DNA of 64,000 bases from an uncultured Candidatus Saccharibacteria bacterium (GTDB lineage Bacteria; Patescibacteriota; Minisyncoccia; CAIUEV01; JAHKAQ01): positions 71,156 to 135,155 of the forward strand of contig CAZRBB010000004.1 of NCBI GenBank assembly GCA_964598205.1, read 5' to 3'. Made by a program: the position numbers and the translations under genes. The notes beneath the pieces are model-generated. The model saw only the letters and a list, made by a program, of their open reading frames with translations, did no database searches and had not been told where the DNA came from. Shown in pieces: positions 1-10,600 of the stretch; position 1 is the stretch's first letter; every line of letters starts with the position of its first letter.

Positions 1-81
1 CATTTCTTTTCTTTGATTAACTCCTATATTCCTTTCGGAGGCTAGCATTTATGGGCAAAAATGTAAACTTTTATTGAATTA

Positions 82-305
82 CTTTTTCCAAACCAATGTT
101 CTTAGAGGAGGCTCCTTGTTCCCGCTAACACAGACCAGAGGAATATATCTATTCAGTAGACAAGGCTCTTAGTCTACTGAATAGATATATTCCTCTGGTC
201 TGTGTAGAGCTTTAAGCTTTTTAGGCGAAGTAAAACAGGAACAAGGTGGAGTGAGGCCCGGTCGAGGCCGAGCGTACTCCGAGAAGAACATTGGTTTGGA
301 AAAAG
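82..305 (+). repeat. Hairpin (MITE-like) repeat element, copy A, with a nested palindrome inserted at its centre
   Basis: About 140-bp element with conserved core gaggaggctccttgttcccgc...aacaggaacaaggtggagcgaggcccggtcgagg(c/a)cgagcgtactcc. The same element recurs at 1417-1567 (inverted) and 24424-24563. Copy-specific perfect inverted flanks ctttttccaaaccaatgttctt / aagaacattggtttggaaaaag. Confidence 0.75.
129..204. repeat. 76-bp near-perfect palindrome nested inside copy A (33-bp arms, loop aaggctcttag)
   Basis: cacagaccagaggaatatatctattcagtagac-aaggctcttag-gtctactgaatagatatattcctctggtctgtg. It is absent from the other two element copies at the corresponding position. The 18-nt core agacaaggctcttagtct is shared with the palindrome at 38131-38200. 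Confidence 0.8.
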
Positions 306-391
306 AAATAAAGAAATATAAAGTTGACAGGGAGGAGTTTTGGTAATTACAATGGATGTAAAGTTTTTTTATAAAAATAATAAAGAAATAA

Positions 392-1366
392 ATGAACAGG
401 TTAAAAGTAGAGATTTGGGGAGGACTGTTTTTGGTTTTTTCTTTCTTATTTTTAATGCCTCTAGGAGTAAAGGCGGCGGGAGAAGAATTGCCGGCGGTTG
501 GAGATCCTTTTTGGGATGTAATGGCGCAGATTAATCGTCCAGATGATTCCACTTGTACTGCCAAGGCGACTGCTATTTTAGAAACTAACAACATTCCCGG
601 GGGAGCCCAAAGAGCGACAGCTACTTGTGCGGGGATTGCTGGAATTGTGACCGACATGCAATCTGATTTAAATCGAGAAGGTGTTAGCACTAATCTTTTT
701 AGCGAGACAAACTGGCATCATGTAGATAATTTATATTTTGACCAAAGCAATGGCCGAATAGAATTTACCAACGAAGTAGATTTTATGAGTCGGAGCTTTA
801 TGTTGCTTTTAAGTAATATGGTTACGCGGTTGGATTTTTCCCAAAACGAAACGACTTTTGATGCTGATATTGTTGGAGGAATGAGGGATGCTGGATCGGT
901 AGTAACTATGCGCAATGTTTCGGATTTTTCTTCTCCAGAAATTTTAGTAGATGGAGCAGGAGACGCCGGTGGAGTGGTTTCTGGAATGACTTACAATCAA
1001 AATGCCAACACCATTGTTTTTAATGCGGCTCACTTTACTACCTTTAAGGCAGTAGAAGGAGGCGATTCTTCTGATGCGCCTAGAATTACTAAAATATCTA
1101 CCACCAAGCTTGTAAGTAAAAATGGTAAAGAAAGGATCCGAGTTTCTATTGAAGGCAAGCGCTTTGATAAAAAAATGGAAGTTAAATTAGGAAGCGTTGA
1201 AGCCTATTCGGTTCACTGGAAAAATAAAAATAAAGTAACAGCTTATTTTTCGGTCAAAGAAGTGTTAAAAAAATCTGGGAAAACTTCTTATTTTAAGGTG
1301 AAGAATGTGGATGGATTGGGCGATAAATACAAAAAACAGCTCAATATTTTAACGGTAGGGGAATAG
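392..1366 (+). CDS. Secreted hypothetical protein (N-terminal signal peptide; C-terminal Lys-rich beta/Ig-like region)
   Basis: ORF of 324 aa. Hydrophobic N-terminus LFLVFSFLFLMPLGVKAAG. No recognisable catalytic motif. Bracketed by inverted copies of the hairpin repeat element. Confidence 0.45.
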   Translation: MNRLKVEIWGGLFLVFSFLFLMPLGVKAAGEELPAVGDPFWDVMAQINRPDDSTCTAKATAILETNNIPGGAQRATATCAGIAGIVTDMQSDLNREGVSTNLFSETNWHHVDNLYFDQSNGRIEFTNEVDFMSRSFMLLLSNMVTRLDFSQNETTFDADIVGGMRDAGSVVTMRNVSDFSSPEILVDGAGDAGGVVSGMTYNQNANTIVFNAAHFTTFKAVEGGDSSDAPRITKISTTKLVSKNGKERIRVSIEGKRFDKKMEVKLGSVEAYSVHWKNKNKVTAYFSVKEVLKKSGKTSYFKVKNVDGLGDKYKKQLNILTVGE

Positions 1367-1416
1367 AAAATCAATCTCTGGCTAATCTTTATTTCTAAAG
1401 CGGGAATAATTTTAAC

Positions 1417-1567
1417 ATTCCTCTTGAGCTAATATCCTTCTCGGAGTACGCTCGCCCTCGACCAGTTCTCGCTCCACCTTGTTCCTGTTCTGCTTTGTCT
1501 AAAAAAACTTGAAGTTTAATAGGCGGGAACAAGGAGCCTCCTCTAAGGACATTAGCTCAAGAGGAAT
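1417..1567 (-). repeat. Hairpin (MITE-like) repeat element, copy B, inverted relative to copy A
   Basis: Reverse complement carries the same conserved core (ggaggctccttgttcccgcc ... ggaacaaggtggagcgagaactggtcgagggcgagcgtactcc). Embedded in copy-specific inverted flanks attcctcttgagctaat / attagctcaagaggaat. Confidence 0.75.
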
Positions 1568-1578
1568 GGAGCTTGGAT

Positions 1579-4500
1579 TTAAAATTGTTCTTTGTTTTTA
1601 ATAAATGACGCGAAGAGGACAGGGACAATAAAGAGAGTTAAGAACGAAGAAAGCATTAAGCCAAAGATAATGGCGCCGCCTAGGGCGCGCCAAACCTCGT
1701 TAGAAAGAGTGACCGGGATAATTCCTAGAATGGTGCAGAGGGAGGTGATAAAGATAGCTTCTATCCGAGATTTACCGGCATCTACAATAGCTTCTTTAAA
1801 AGGAATTTTGCTTTTTAAGTTAAGGTTTATTTTGTCTATTAGGATAATGGCGTTTTTAACGACGATTCCGAATAGGGCTAAGATACCGATTAAACCAGGG
1901 AAGCTGAGCGTAATACCAAAAACTGCCATTCCCAAAAAGACACCAATTAAGGCCAAAGGAAGGGTGACTAAAACAATCAAGGCTTTAATAAAAGAGTCAA
2001 ATTGAATGATTAGAGTGGAAACAATTAAGATGGCAGCAATAATCATAGCCGTGATAATGGATTTTACCGATTCGGTGTTTTGTTCATTTTCTCCTCCGTA
2101 GACCAGGGTGTAACCTTCTGGTAATTGATAACCTTCTTTTACCTTTTTTTGAAATTCAGAAAGAATAAAGTTGGAGCGGGTTTTACCTTCGGCACTGGCC
2201 GAAAGAAGGACCGCTCTTTTTTGATCGGTTCTGGAAATTGATTCTACGGACGGGTCTAATTTTATTGTGGCAACATCTTTTAAGAAGACGGGTTGGTTTT
2301 GGAGATTAGTTATTTTTAAATCTTGTAGGGCTTTTAGGGTGGGTATTTGATCTTTGGCAAAACGACTTACAATGTCTATCTCCTCGTTTTCTTTAATAAT
2401 GGTGCTGATTTTTATTCCGGAAACAGCTAAGCGAAGAATCCCTCCAACTGAAGCGGCATTCAAGTTATAAAGTTCTAATTTTTCGTGGTTAAGTTTAAAA
2501 GTATACTGTGCTGGTGCCTCTTTGAGCGATGTTTTAACATTGATTGCTCCGGGAATAGAGGCAAGGATTGGTTTTAAATCTTGAGATATTTTATCTAGGG
2601 TTTGCAGATCTTCGCCAACAACTCTGGCTTCGAAGGAAGCACCAGATGGTGGACCACTCTTGGCTGATTCCACACTGACAGAGGAAAGACCACTGACGCC
2701 AGAAAGATCCTGGCGAATTTTTTGGGCTAGTTCGTAAGATTTTAGAGATCGTTTTTCTTTTAGGGTAATGGTAATGCCGGCTAGGTGGGAGTTTCCTTGG
2801 GAAACCGTTGTGCCACCATCGGGAGAAGCACCGGCTTGGCCAACAATTGTGGCAAAGTTTTGAATGTCTGGGTATTTTTCTAGTCGTTCTTCTACTTTTG
2901 CGGTGAGTTCATTGGTTTTATCTAAATTAAAACCGATAGGTGCTTGGAGATTGATGTAAAGCATGTCTTCGTCTGAAGCAGGAAAGAACTCTGTTTTAAC
3001 AACACCTAGAACTGGAAGCAGAACGGATACTACAAAGATAAGGAGGGTTGAAGCAATTACAAGGAACCGGCTTTTTTTAGAAGCCAATGTTCGGCGCAAA
3101 TATTTTTCGTAAACAGGAATAACTTTTTCAAAACAGAGAATTCCGTGGATTAAGCGACTAATTAAATCTTTTTCTTCTCCTTGGGCTTGTTTTTTTAATT
3201 TTTCTTTGATTAATTCGTCACTCCTCCATTCTTCCTCGGCTAGTTTTTGATTGTTTTCTAATCTTGTTTTGCCGTTTCTTTTGGCGTACCACCAGCCGAT
3301 AACTATAAGGACAAGGAAGGCGAGCAGAGAAGCACTAAGGCCCCAAATTCTTTGGACCTTTAATCCCCAGCCAACAATAATTAAGAATAGAAGAACATAA
3401 AATAAGAGTAAGTTTTTGGTGAGGCGAATACGCTCCAAGACGGCGGCCAAGGGGTGATTGATCATTAGGGCGATTAGGAGAGAAGAAACAAGAGTTACAG
3501 AAACAGTGATGGGAATGGAGCGAATAAAGGAGCCAATAATGCCAGTGGAAAGAAGTAGTGGTAAAAAGGCAAAGGTGGTGGCTAGGGTAGTAGAAAGAAG
3601 TACGATTTTAAAATCGTTTAGAACCAAGAGTACGGCTTCTTCTGGAGTAAATTTACCACTCTTCATGTATTGTTTGGTGGCGCTGACTACCACAATGGCG
3701 TCGTCAACTAAAAGTCCAAGCGCTAAAAGCAAAGAAAAGATAGAAAGAAAGTTTAAGGTAATGCCCGTTAAAAGCATAACGCCAAAAGTGGCAAAGAAAA
3801 CTAAGGGAATGGCCAGACCGGCTACCAGTGCTTCTTTTAGGCCGACTATTAGAAACAGAACGCCCATTACCAAAACAATGGTGATTAAAAAATCGTGGGT
3901 TAATTGTTTAAAATCGTGGTCAATGATTTTGGCAAAGTCGGTGGTTACTTCGTAAGACATTCCTTTAGGAAATGTTTTTAAAAGTTCTTCAATGGTTTTT
4001 TTAGCTTCTTCGGTGGTAGCAATAATGGAGCCGCCACTTTTTTTAACAATATCTAAATTAACGGCTTCTTTGGCGGGTGAGCCGTTAGCGGAAAGGCGGG
4101 AGTAGGTGGTTTTTTTAATGGCTTGTTCTTTTACTTGGGCAATATCTTTTAGGTAAACGATTGCTCCTGCTTGGGTATGAGTAAGGGGGAGATTTTTTAA
4201 TTCTTCTTGGGAGAAAACTCGAGCGTCGGTTCTTACGGTGTAGTTAAAGGATTCGCCTTCAAAGTTTCCGCTGGGAATTGCGGTGTTGGCGGTGGCGACT
4301 AATTGGTTAATTTGAATGGGGGATAGATTGTAAAAGGTTAACTTGTTGGGATCATAAGCAATGGAAAATTCTTTTTCTAGGCCACCGGAAATATGGACTT
4401 CTCTTACTCCGGGGATTTTTTCTAAGCCATCTTTTATTTTTTCGGCATAGCCACGAAGCAAAAATCCGTCTTCTATGCCGGTTAGAGATACGGAAAAAAT

Positions 4501-4992
4501 AGGTTCATCGCTAAAGGAAATTTCTTTAGCTTCTGGAGTTTCTACTTCTTGAGGGAAGTCCTTGATTTCGGCAACCTTATCTCGTAATTTCCTTAAAACA
4601 TCTTCTTGATTTTCTTTGGTGTCGAATTCTACGGAAATTGCGGAAAAAGAATTAGCCGAACTAGAAGTTATTTTTTTTACTCCCTTAATGCTGGAAACAG
4701 CAGTTTCTATTTTTTTGGTAACTAATTCTTCTACATCTTCTGGTGAAGCGCCTGGAAAAACAGCGGTGACAATAGCATAAGGGATTTTAACTTCTGGATT
4801 TGATTCGCGAGGAAGATTAAAAAAAGAATAAATTCCCCAACCGGTAAGAAGGATGATTAAAAGAATGACCGTGCGGAAATTAGACACAAAGAAATTGAGC
4901 CAACTTTTTCTTAACTCTGGATTAAATTCCAGTTGTTCTAAGTAGCGATGATCGGAAGATTGATCCTGTTCTTTTTTAGGGTCACAACTCAT
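1579..4992 (-). CDS. RND-family efflux transporter permease (AcrB/HAE1-like)
   Basis: 1137 aa. 12-TM architecture with two large extracytoplasmic loops. N-terminal pattern typical of AcrB-like pumps. Overlaps the upstream membrane-fusion gene by 4 nt (operon). Confidence 0.85.
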   Translation of the reverse strand: MSCDPKKEQDQSSDHRYLEQLEFNPELRKSWLNFFVSNFRTVILLIILLTGWGIYSFFNLPRESNPEVKIPYAIVTAVFPGASPEDVEELVTKKIETAVSSIKGVKKITSSSANSFSAISVEFDTKENQEDVLRKLRDKVAEIKDFPQEVETPEAKEISFSDEPIFSVSLTGIEDGFLLRGYAEKIKDGLEKIPGVREVHISGGLEKEFSIAYDPNKLTFYNLSPIQINQLVATANTAIPSGNFEGESFNYTVRTDARVFSQEELKNLPLTHTQAGAIVYLKDIAQVKEQAIKKTTYSRLSANGSPAKEAVNLDIVKKSGGSIIATTEEAKKTIEELLKTFPKGMSYEVTTDFAKIIDHDFKQLTHDFLITIVLVMGVLFLIVGLKEALVAGLAIPLVFFATFGVMLLTGITLNFLSIFSLLLALGLLVDDAIVVVSATKQYMKSGKFTPEEAVLLVLNDFKIVLLSTTLATTFAFLPLLLSTGIIGSFIRSIPITVSVTLVSSLLIALMINHPLAAVLERIRLTKNLLLFYVLLFLIIVGWGLKVQRIWGLSASLLAFLVLIVIGWWYAKRNGKTRLENNQKLAEEEWRSDELIKEKLKKQAQGEEKDLISRLIHGILCFEKVIPVYEKYLRRTLASKKSRFLVIASTLLIFVVSVLLPVLGVVKTEFFPASDEDMLYINLQAPIGFNLDKTNELTAKVEERLEKYPDIQNFATIVGQAGASPDGGTTVSQGNSHLAGITITLKEKRSLKSYELAQKIRQDLSGVSGLSSVSVESAKSGPPSGASFEARVVGEDLQTLDKISQDLKPILASIPGAINVKTSLKEAPAQYTFKLNHEKLELYNLNAASVGGILRLAVSGIKISTIIKENEEIDIVSRFAKDQIPTLKALQDLKITNLQNQPVFLKDVATIKLDPSVESISRTDQKRAVLLSASAEGKTRSNFILSEFQKKVKEGYQLPEGYTLVYGGENEQNTESVKSIITAMIIAAILIVSTLIIQFDSFIKALIVLVTLPLALIGVFLGMAVFGITLSFPGLIGILALFGIVVKNAIILIDKINLNLKSKIPFKEAIVDAGKSRIEAIFITSLCTILGIIPVTLSNEVWRALGGAIIFGLMLSSFLTLFIVPVLFASFIKNKEQF

Positions 4993-6089
4993 TTTTCTTG
5001 AGTTATTGTTTGATTGTCTTCTAGAAGTTTGTTGTTTTCTACTACGATTAAGGTTTCTTTTGGTAAGCTAGCAGTAACCTCGGCGATTTCTCCAGAGATC
5101 TTATTAACAGTGACTGCTGTTTTTTTAGCTTTTCCTTCTTGGGCAATAAAAATAAAATTTTCGTTTTGACCAATGGTCAGCGCGGAAAGCGGTAAAAGGA
5201 AGGCTTCTTTTTGGGAAGGAATAATTGTTGTTTCTACTATGACCGAAATTACCGTTCCTAGGGAAAGATCGGTTTTGGTCAACGGTTCGGCTTCTGCTAG
5301 AAATCGTTTAGTAGCGGGATCGGCAGAAGAAGAAACGGCAGTTATTTTTCCTGGGGTTTCTTTTTTTTGATTGTCTTTTAAAATAATTGTTTGATTTTGT
5401 TTGATTAGTTTTACTTCTTCTTCGTCTAGGAAAAAGGTGATGGTTGTTTCTCCAGTGGCGCTAATGGTTCCAAGGGATTGGCCGGCGGTGATTGAGTTAC
5501 CAATGGAAGTTGTTTTTTGAGTGATTGTTCCAGTAAGGGGAGCAGTAACCAGATGGCGTTCTAGTGCGCTTTCTAGAGCGGTGCTAGTTGAATCGCGATT
5601 TAATTCGGCAATTTCTTTGGCGGTTTTATTGGTTTTGCTTTTAGTGTTTGCATAATTCCGACGAGCGAGCCTTAAAGATTCATGGGCGGTTTCTTTGGCA
5701 ATTTCTAGTTGCTTAATTTGTTCGCTTTTGTAACCAGTTTCCCCAGTAGAAAGATTATTGTCTTCGTCTAGTACGGCAAGAGTTGTTCCTTTTTGGATTT
5801 TGTCTCCCAAATCAAAATTAATGGAAACTATAACGCCTCCTGTTTTGGCTATGATCTGGGCCTCTTGTTTGGCCGTGACTAGCGCAGGGTATTCTTTCTT
5901 TATTTTTAGGGATTGGCTTTCTTGGATTGTTTGTAGCTTAACGGCGACTACTGCCGGTTCGTTAGATGATTCGGTTAAAGTTGCTTCTGCTGGGGTTTTG
6001 GGAGTAGTTTCCTTTTTAGCAAAAAAGGTAAAAGCAAAAATGGCAACCAAAAAAAGAAGGACGATTGGAAAATATTTTTTGAATCGCAT
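4989..6089 (-). CDS. RND efflux membrane-fusion (periplasmic adaptor, HlyD/AcrA-like) protein
   Basis: 366 aa. N-terminal membrane anchor, then coiled-coil hairpin and beta-barrel segments typical of MFPs. Translationally coupled to the RND permease. Confidence 0.75.
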   Translation of the reverse strand: MRFKKYFPIVLLFLVAIFAFTFFAKKETTPKTPAEATLTESSNEPAVVAVKLQTIQESQSLKIKKEYPALVTAKQEAQIIAKTGGVIVSINFDLGDKIQKGTTLAVLDEDNNLSTGETGYKSEQIKQLEIAKETAHESLRLARRNYANTKSKTNKTAKEIAELNRDSTSTALESALERHLVTAPLTGTITQKTTSIGNSITAGQSLGTISATGETTITFFLDEEEVKLIKQNQTIILKDNQKKETPGKITAVSSSADPATKRFLAEAEPLTKTDLSLGTVISVIVETTIIPSQKEAFLLPLSALTIGQNENFIFIAQEGKAKKTAVTVNKISGEIAEVTASLPKETLIVVENNKLLEDNQTITQEK

Positions 6090-6368
6090 TAGAGGGTGTT
6101 AAACTTAAAAAAAATTCCCCAAAAGGGAACCTTTAATTTAACTCCATTTTAAGGATTAAGACAAGACCATTAGTTAATTTTTAATTTCGAATTTTGAATT
6201 TCGATTAAAGATCAAATTTTAAATTTTAAGGTAACTTTTACGAATTAACAATTTCGAATTTTGAATTTTGTAAGTTGTGTTTGTGGTGGTTGTCTTTTTA
6301 GAATAAAATACGAAAAATAGTTTAGGATGATAGCTAATAAAAATCGCTGAAGAAGTTTTTGTCCAATA

Positions 6369-7448
6369 ATGAAAACCAAAAGAAATAAATTTTTATTTTT
6401 TGTATTCGCTCTTTTTTTTGTATTTTTTTTGACTGGAAAAAACTGTTTAGCACTGGTTGTTTCCCCAACAACAGTTGAGCTTACAGCCAATCCTGGACAG
6501 ATGATTGATTTTAATATTGAGATTCATAACGATAATTCAAAAGAAAGAGAGGAATTTATTACATCGATTCTGAATTTTAATGCCAAAGACAATGAAAATG
6601 GAGAACCAAAATTTTTTTCTGGGGATGATTTTCTAGGAGAAGATTTGGCTTCTGAGTGGTTGGAAATAGAGAGTGTTCCCTTGGTGGTAGAGCCAAGCGC
6701 TTGGCGGAAAATTCCTATAACAATCAAGATTCCCCAAAAGGTACAGCCCGGCGGTTATTATGTGGCAGTGTTTTTTGGACCAAAGAAAAATGAAGAAAAA
6801 AGCAAAGATAAAATTTCTAGCGTTTCTTATTACGCCGGATCGTTAGTATTGATCAATGTTTCTGGAGAGACGATTCAAGGAGGGGCGGTTAAGGAATTTT
6901 CTACAGAAGGCGGAAAAAAGTTTTTTCGTAACTTGCCAATAGGGTTTTTTACTCGAATAGAAAATTCTGGCAATCTTCATTTTCGTCCTGCCGGTAATGT
7001 GGAAATTAAAAATTTTTGGAACAAAAAAGTTGCCCAAATCCCAGTGATTAAATCTCAAACCGGGGGGAATATTCTGCCGGAAAGTATTCGTCGCTATAAT
7101 CTTAATTGGGAGAGCGCTTGTGGAGAGAAAGCAAACAAAAATTTTTTTAGTAGCGGATTTTTGGAGCGGGCAAACAGACAACGCCAAGAGTTTTATTTGG
7201 GTCGTTATGCCGCTGTTTTAACAGTAGTCCTACCCAACAAAGAAACGGGAACAGTGTCTATCTTTTTTTGGTTGATTCCAGCCGAGCTACTAACTGTGAT
7301 TTTGGTAGTGCTTATAATTTTGTGGGCACTAATTTATTGTTACAATCGCTGGATTGTTGGTTTTTTAAGGAGTCGCGTTAGGAAGGAACCAAAGAGAACT
7401 CCTATTAAAAGAAAAGAGAAAAAGCAAGATTATTTTTTGAGAAAATAG
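6369..7448 (+). CDS. Cell-surface protein with signal peptide and C-terminal TM anchor (DUF916/DUF3324-like architecture)
   Basis: 359 aa. N-terminal signal peptide, beta-rich ectodomain (VVSPTTVELTANPGQ...), a single C-terminal TM followed by a basic tail. Confidence 0.4.
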   Translation: MKTKRNKFLFFVFALFFVFFLTGKNCLALVVSPTTVELTANPGQMIDFNIEIHNDNSKEREEFITSILNFNAKDNENGEPKFFSGDDFLGEDLASEWLEIESVPLVVEPSAWRKIPITIKIPQKVQPGGYYVAVFFGPKKNEEKSKDKISSVSYYAGSLVLINVSGETIQGGAVKEFSTEGGKKFFRNLPIGFFTRIENSGNLHFRPAGNVEIKNFWNKKVAQIPVIKSQTGGNILPESIRRYNLNWESACGEKANKNFFSSGFLERANRQRQEFYLGRYAAVLTVVLPNKETGTVSIFFWLIPAELLTVILVVLIILWALIYCYNRWIVGFLRSRVRKEPKRTPIKRKEKKQDYFLRK

Positions 7449-7607
7449 TTTGTGCTTGAATTATAATTTTTTTTAGATTTTAAGCGGAAAAAGTGTTTAT
7501 AAATGACTTGTGGTAAAAGTCTTTTTTTGTTATCATTTACCCAGCGAATCCAGAGTAAAAAAGGGGGAAAAGCCTTGAGAAAGAAATAAAGATTCAAACA
7601 AAAAAGG

Positions 7608-10600
7608 GTGACAGTAAGAAAACAAAAAAAAGGTGGGATTAATGGTTTCCAACCCTTGGGGGTTTGGGGGCTTTTTATTGTTTTGGGAATCAGCTTGGTG
7701 ATGGTTTTTGGAGGGAATTCGGTTTGGGGAGCGGCGGAGGGGACGGAGGGGACGGAGATAACGGAGGGGACGGTCTGGGGTCGTTTTTGGAGTGGTGTTG
7801 ACCAAGGGGTAACGAGTTTTAAAGAAGGATTTTTAGCAACAACGAATAATCTAAAAAGCTATTTGGGAACAAGTGGACAGTTTATAGCTCGTTTTGGCAA
7901 GGAAAAAAACGAGAAAGAAGCCGAAGAATTGGCCAGCGTTATAGCTAGTCAAAAGATGGAAAAATGGTTGGAATGGTTTAGCAAGAACGGAGAAAGATTG
8001 GAGGAAATTGCTAACGGGGAAAATTTTAACAACCTGTATCTTTCTGGAGCAATAGATGGTCAGAATATTGCCAATAGAAGCTTGAATGGAAATCTTAAAA
8101 TAATTCCTGGATCCATTACCGGATTAGTAATTGCCAACGGTTCTGTTAGTAAAGAAGATATTCTTTGGCGGGGAATTACTTCTGTTAACTTACATGCCAA
8201 TGCGGTAACTACGAGAATTATTAAGGACGGAACTATTATCGGTGCCGATCTTTCAGATGATCTTAGTTTTTCTACTACGGGGACCATCCACGCTGACAAT
8301 ATTAATGGGAATCATTTAATAGTGAAAGATGGTTCAACGCTTTCTGGAGATACGGTTTTTAATGGGGGGGCTTTTTCCCATATGGGAACAACTTTTCTAG
8401 TCAACGAGACTGGAGATGCCACTTTTGATTCTGATGCGGTCACCACTTTTTCTGGGTCAAGATTGGAATTGGTAGCGGACGGTGGCGGGGTAACGATTAC
8501 TTATCCCGATGGTCAAACTTTTCAATTAAAAGATAGAACTACTCGAATTGAAACTTTAGCCAACGGTTCTTTGATTTTAGGAAATGATTCTGACGCTACT
8601 ACCGTGGACGGTTCGGTGATTAATCTTTCTGGGAATACCGTTATTAACGGGACCATTACTGGGAATATTACCGATAACGCTAGTAATGCTTTTGATTTAC
8701 AAGAAGGAACGAATAAGTATCTCAACATTTCTACTGTGGACGGTTCGGAAAAAATTGATTTTGGTAACACAACCCTTAATCCGAGCTATGAATTTTTAGG
8801 AACGGGAGCAACCACTTTGGGCGGTAATTTAACAGTGAATGGAGCGTTAATAGTTGGAGGAGGTACCGCGGTGGCTGGCCATTTTTTACCAGGCTCAAAC
8901 AATGTTTACAATCTGGGTAGTAATACTTACCGCTGGGCTAATCTGTATTTGGGTGGGGAAACATTACATTTAGGAGCTTCGATTACCGACGAAGCGGTTG
9001 TTAGTTATGACACAACTATCAATATTTTAAACATTGGTACTGATGCAACCACCAACGGCGACATTGCTTTTTTTAGTGATGATCTATACCTAGATAAGTC
9101 TAGCGGCAACGTTGGCATTGGGACAACGGACCCGGGGGCGAAGTTGGATGTTGCTGGTGTGGCAACTTTCCGGGGAAACTTGCTTTTTTCCACCGACAAT
9201 ACACTAGACATTGGAGCTAATGGCGCAACACGACCAAGAACAGGGTACTTTGGGACATCGGTAGTCGCACCTAATTTTACCGGCCTGGCTTCCAGCGCTA
9301 CTATTCTTGCCACTGCTCGCGATCTTTATGGCTTTAGTTTTAATGGTTCTGTTGGTACTGTATCGGGAATAAATATTATAGCTAGCAGTTATGGCGGAAC
9401 AGGCAATGGTTTTACGAAATTTACTGGACCGACCACAGCAGAAAAAACTTTTACATTGCCCGATGCCAATGCCATTATTGCCAGAACTGATGCTGGACAA
9501 ACTTTTACTGGAGTCAATATTTTTACTTCCCCAACCTTCACCACTAGCATTGTTCCGACCATAAACGATGGAACAACCATTGGAACAACCACTTTGCAAT
9601 TTTCCGATTTATTCCTCGCTTCGGGAGCAACTATTAACTATGCTAACGGTGATACAACTCTCACTCACTCAACCGGAATTTTGACATTGGGAACAGGAAC
9701 ACTGAAAATCACCACCCCTACCAACACCGCCACCAGCGTGGCGACGATTGACGGAATGCAGACTCTGACGAACAAGACATTGACTGCATCTAACAATACT
9801 TTAGGTGGAGTGACTATGACATTGGGAACTGATGCTACTGGTGATATATATTATCGCAATGTTTCTGGATATTTGACTAGATTAGGAATTGGAACTTCTA
9901 ATCAGATTCTCCATGGTGGAACTACTCCAAGTTATTCTGCTATTTCTCTGACTGGAGATATTACTGGAATTTTACCACTAGCCAATGGTGGCACCAATAA
10001 AAATATAACGGCTTCATCTGGAGCAATCATATTCTCTGATACTGATTCAATGGAACTTACTCTAGTTGGGTCTTCTGGGCAAATTTTGGTTTCTCAAGGA
10101 GCAGGTACGCCTATCTGGTCAACTCCCACCTATCCTTCTGCTTCCGGATCTGCCGGGAAAATTATTCGTTCCAATGGCGCTAACAATATCTATTCAACAG
10201 CCGCTTTTGCCGATACCTACACCGCCTCAAATCTTCTATATTCAAACGGCGACAACACCGTGCAGGGATTGGCTACGGCCAATAACGGCGTTCTCATTAC
10301 CGGTGTCACCGGTGTTCCTTCTATTTCTTCTACTATTCCAGTGGTTACACAACAAAATATTACCAATGTAAATTCAGCCTTGGTTACAGGACTTCTTCAA
10401 ATTACCACCACGACTGGCGCGCTCACGAGTGTTACCACTTCGGCTGGAATAGACGCTCTCATTTCCAACAATACCGGTTCGGGGCTTTTGGTTTTCAACG
10501 ACGGTCCGACTTTTATTGCCCCGACTCTCGGTGTGGCTACCGCCACTTCAATTAACGGACTTACGATCAATACCACCACCGGCACGCTAGCAATTTCCAA

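Noticed and set aside
169-690. 173-aa minus-strand ORF and the 64-aa plus-strand ORF 340-534
   Set aside because: They run through the hairpin repeat and palindrome and have low-complexity composition. They overlap the better-supported secreted-protein ORF 392-1366.
1592-3955. Plus-strand ORFs 1592-2005 and 3458-3955 inside the RND permease gene
   Set aside because: Antisense to a well-supported 1137-aa transporter gene; Lys/Ile/Arg-rich, typical of reverse-frame artefacts in AT-rich coding DNA.
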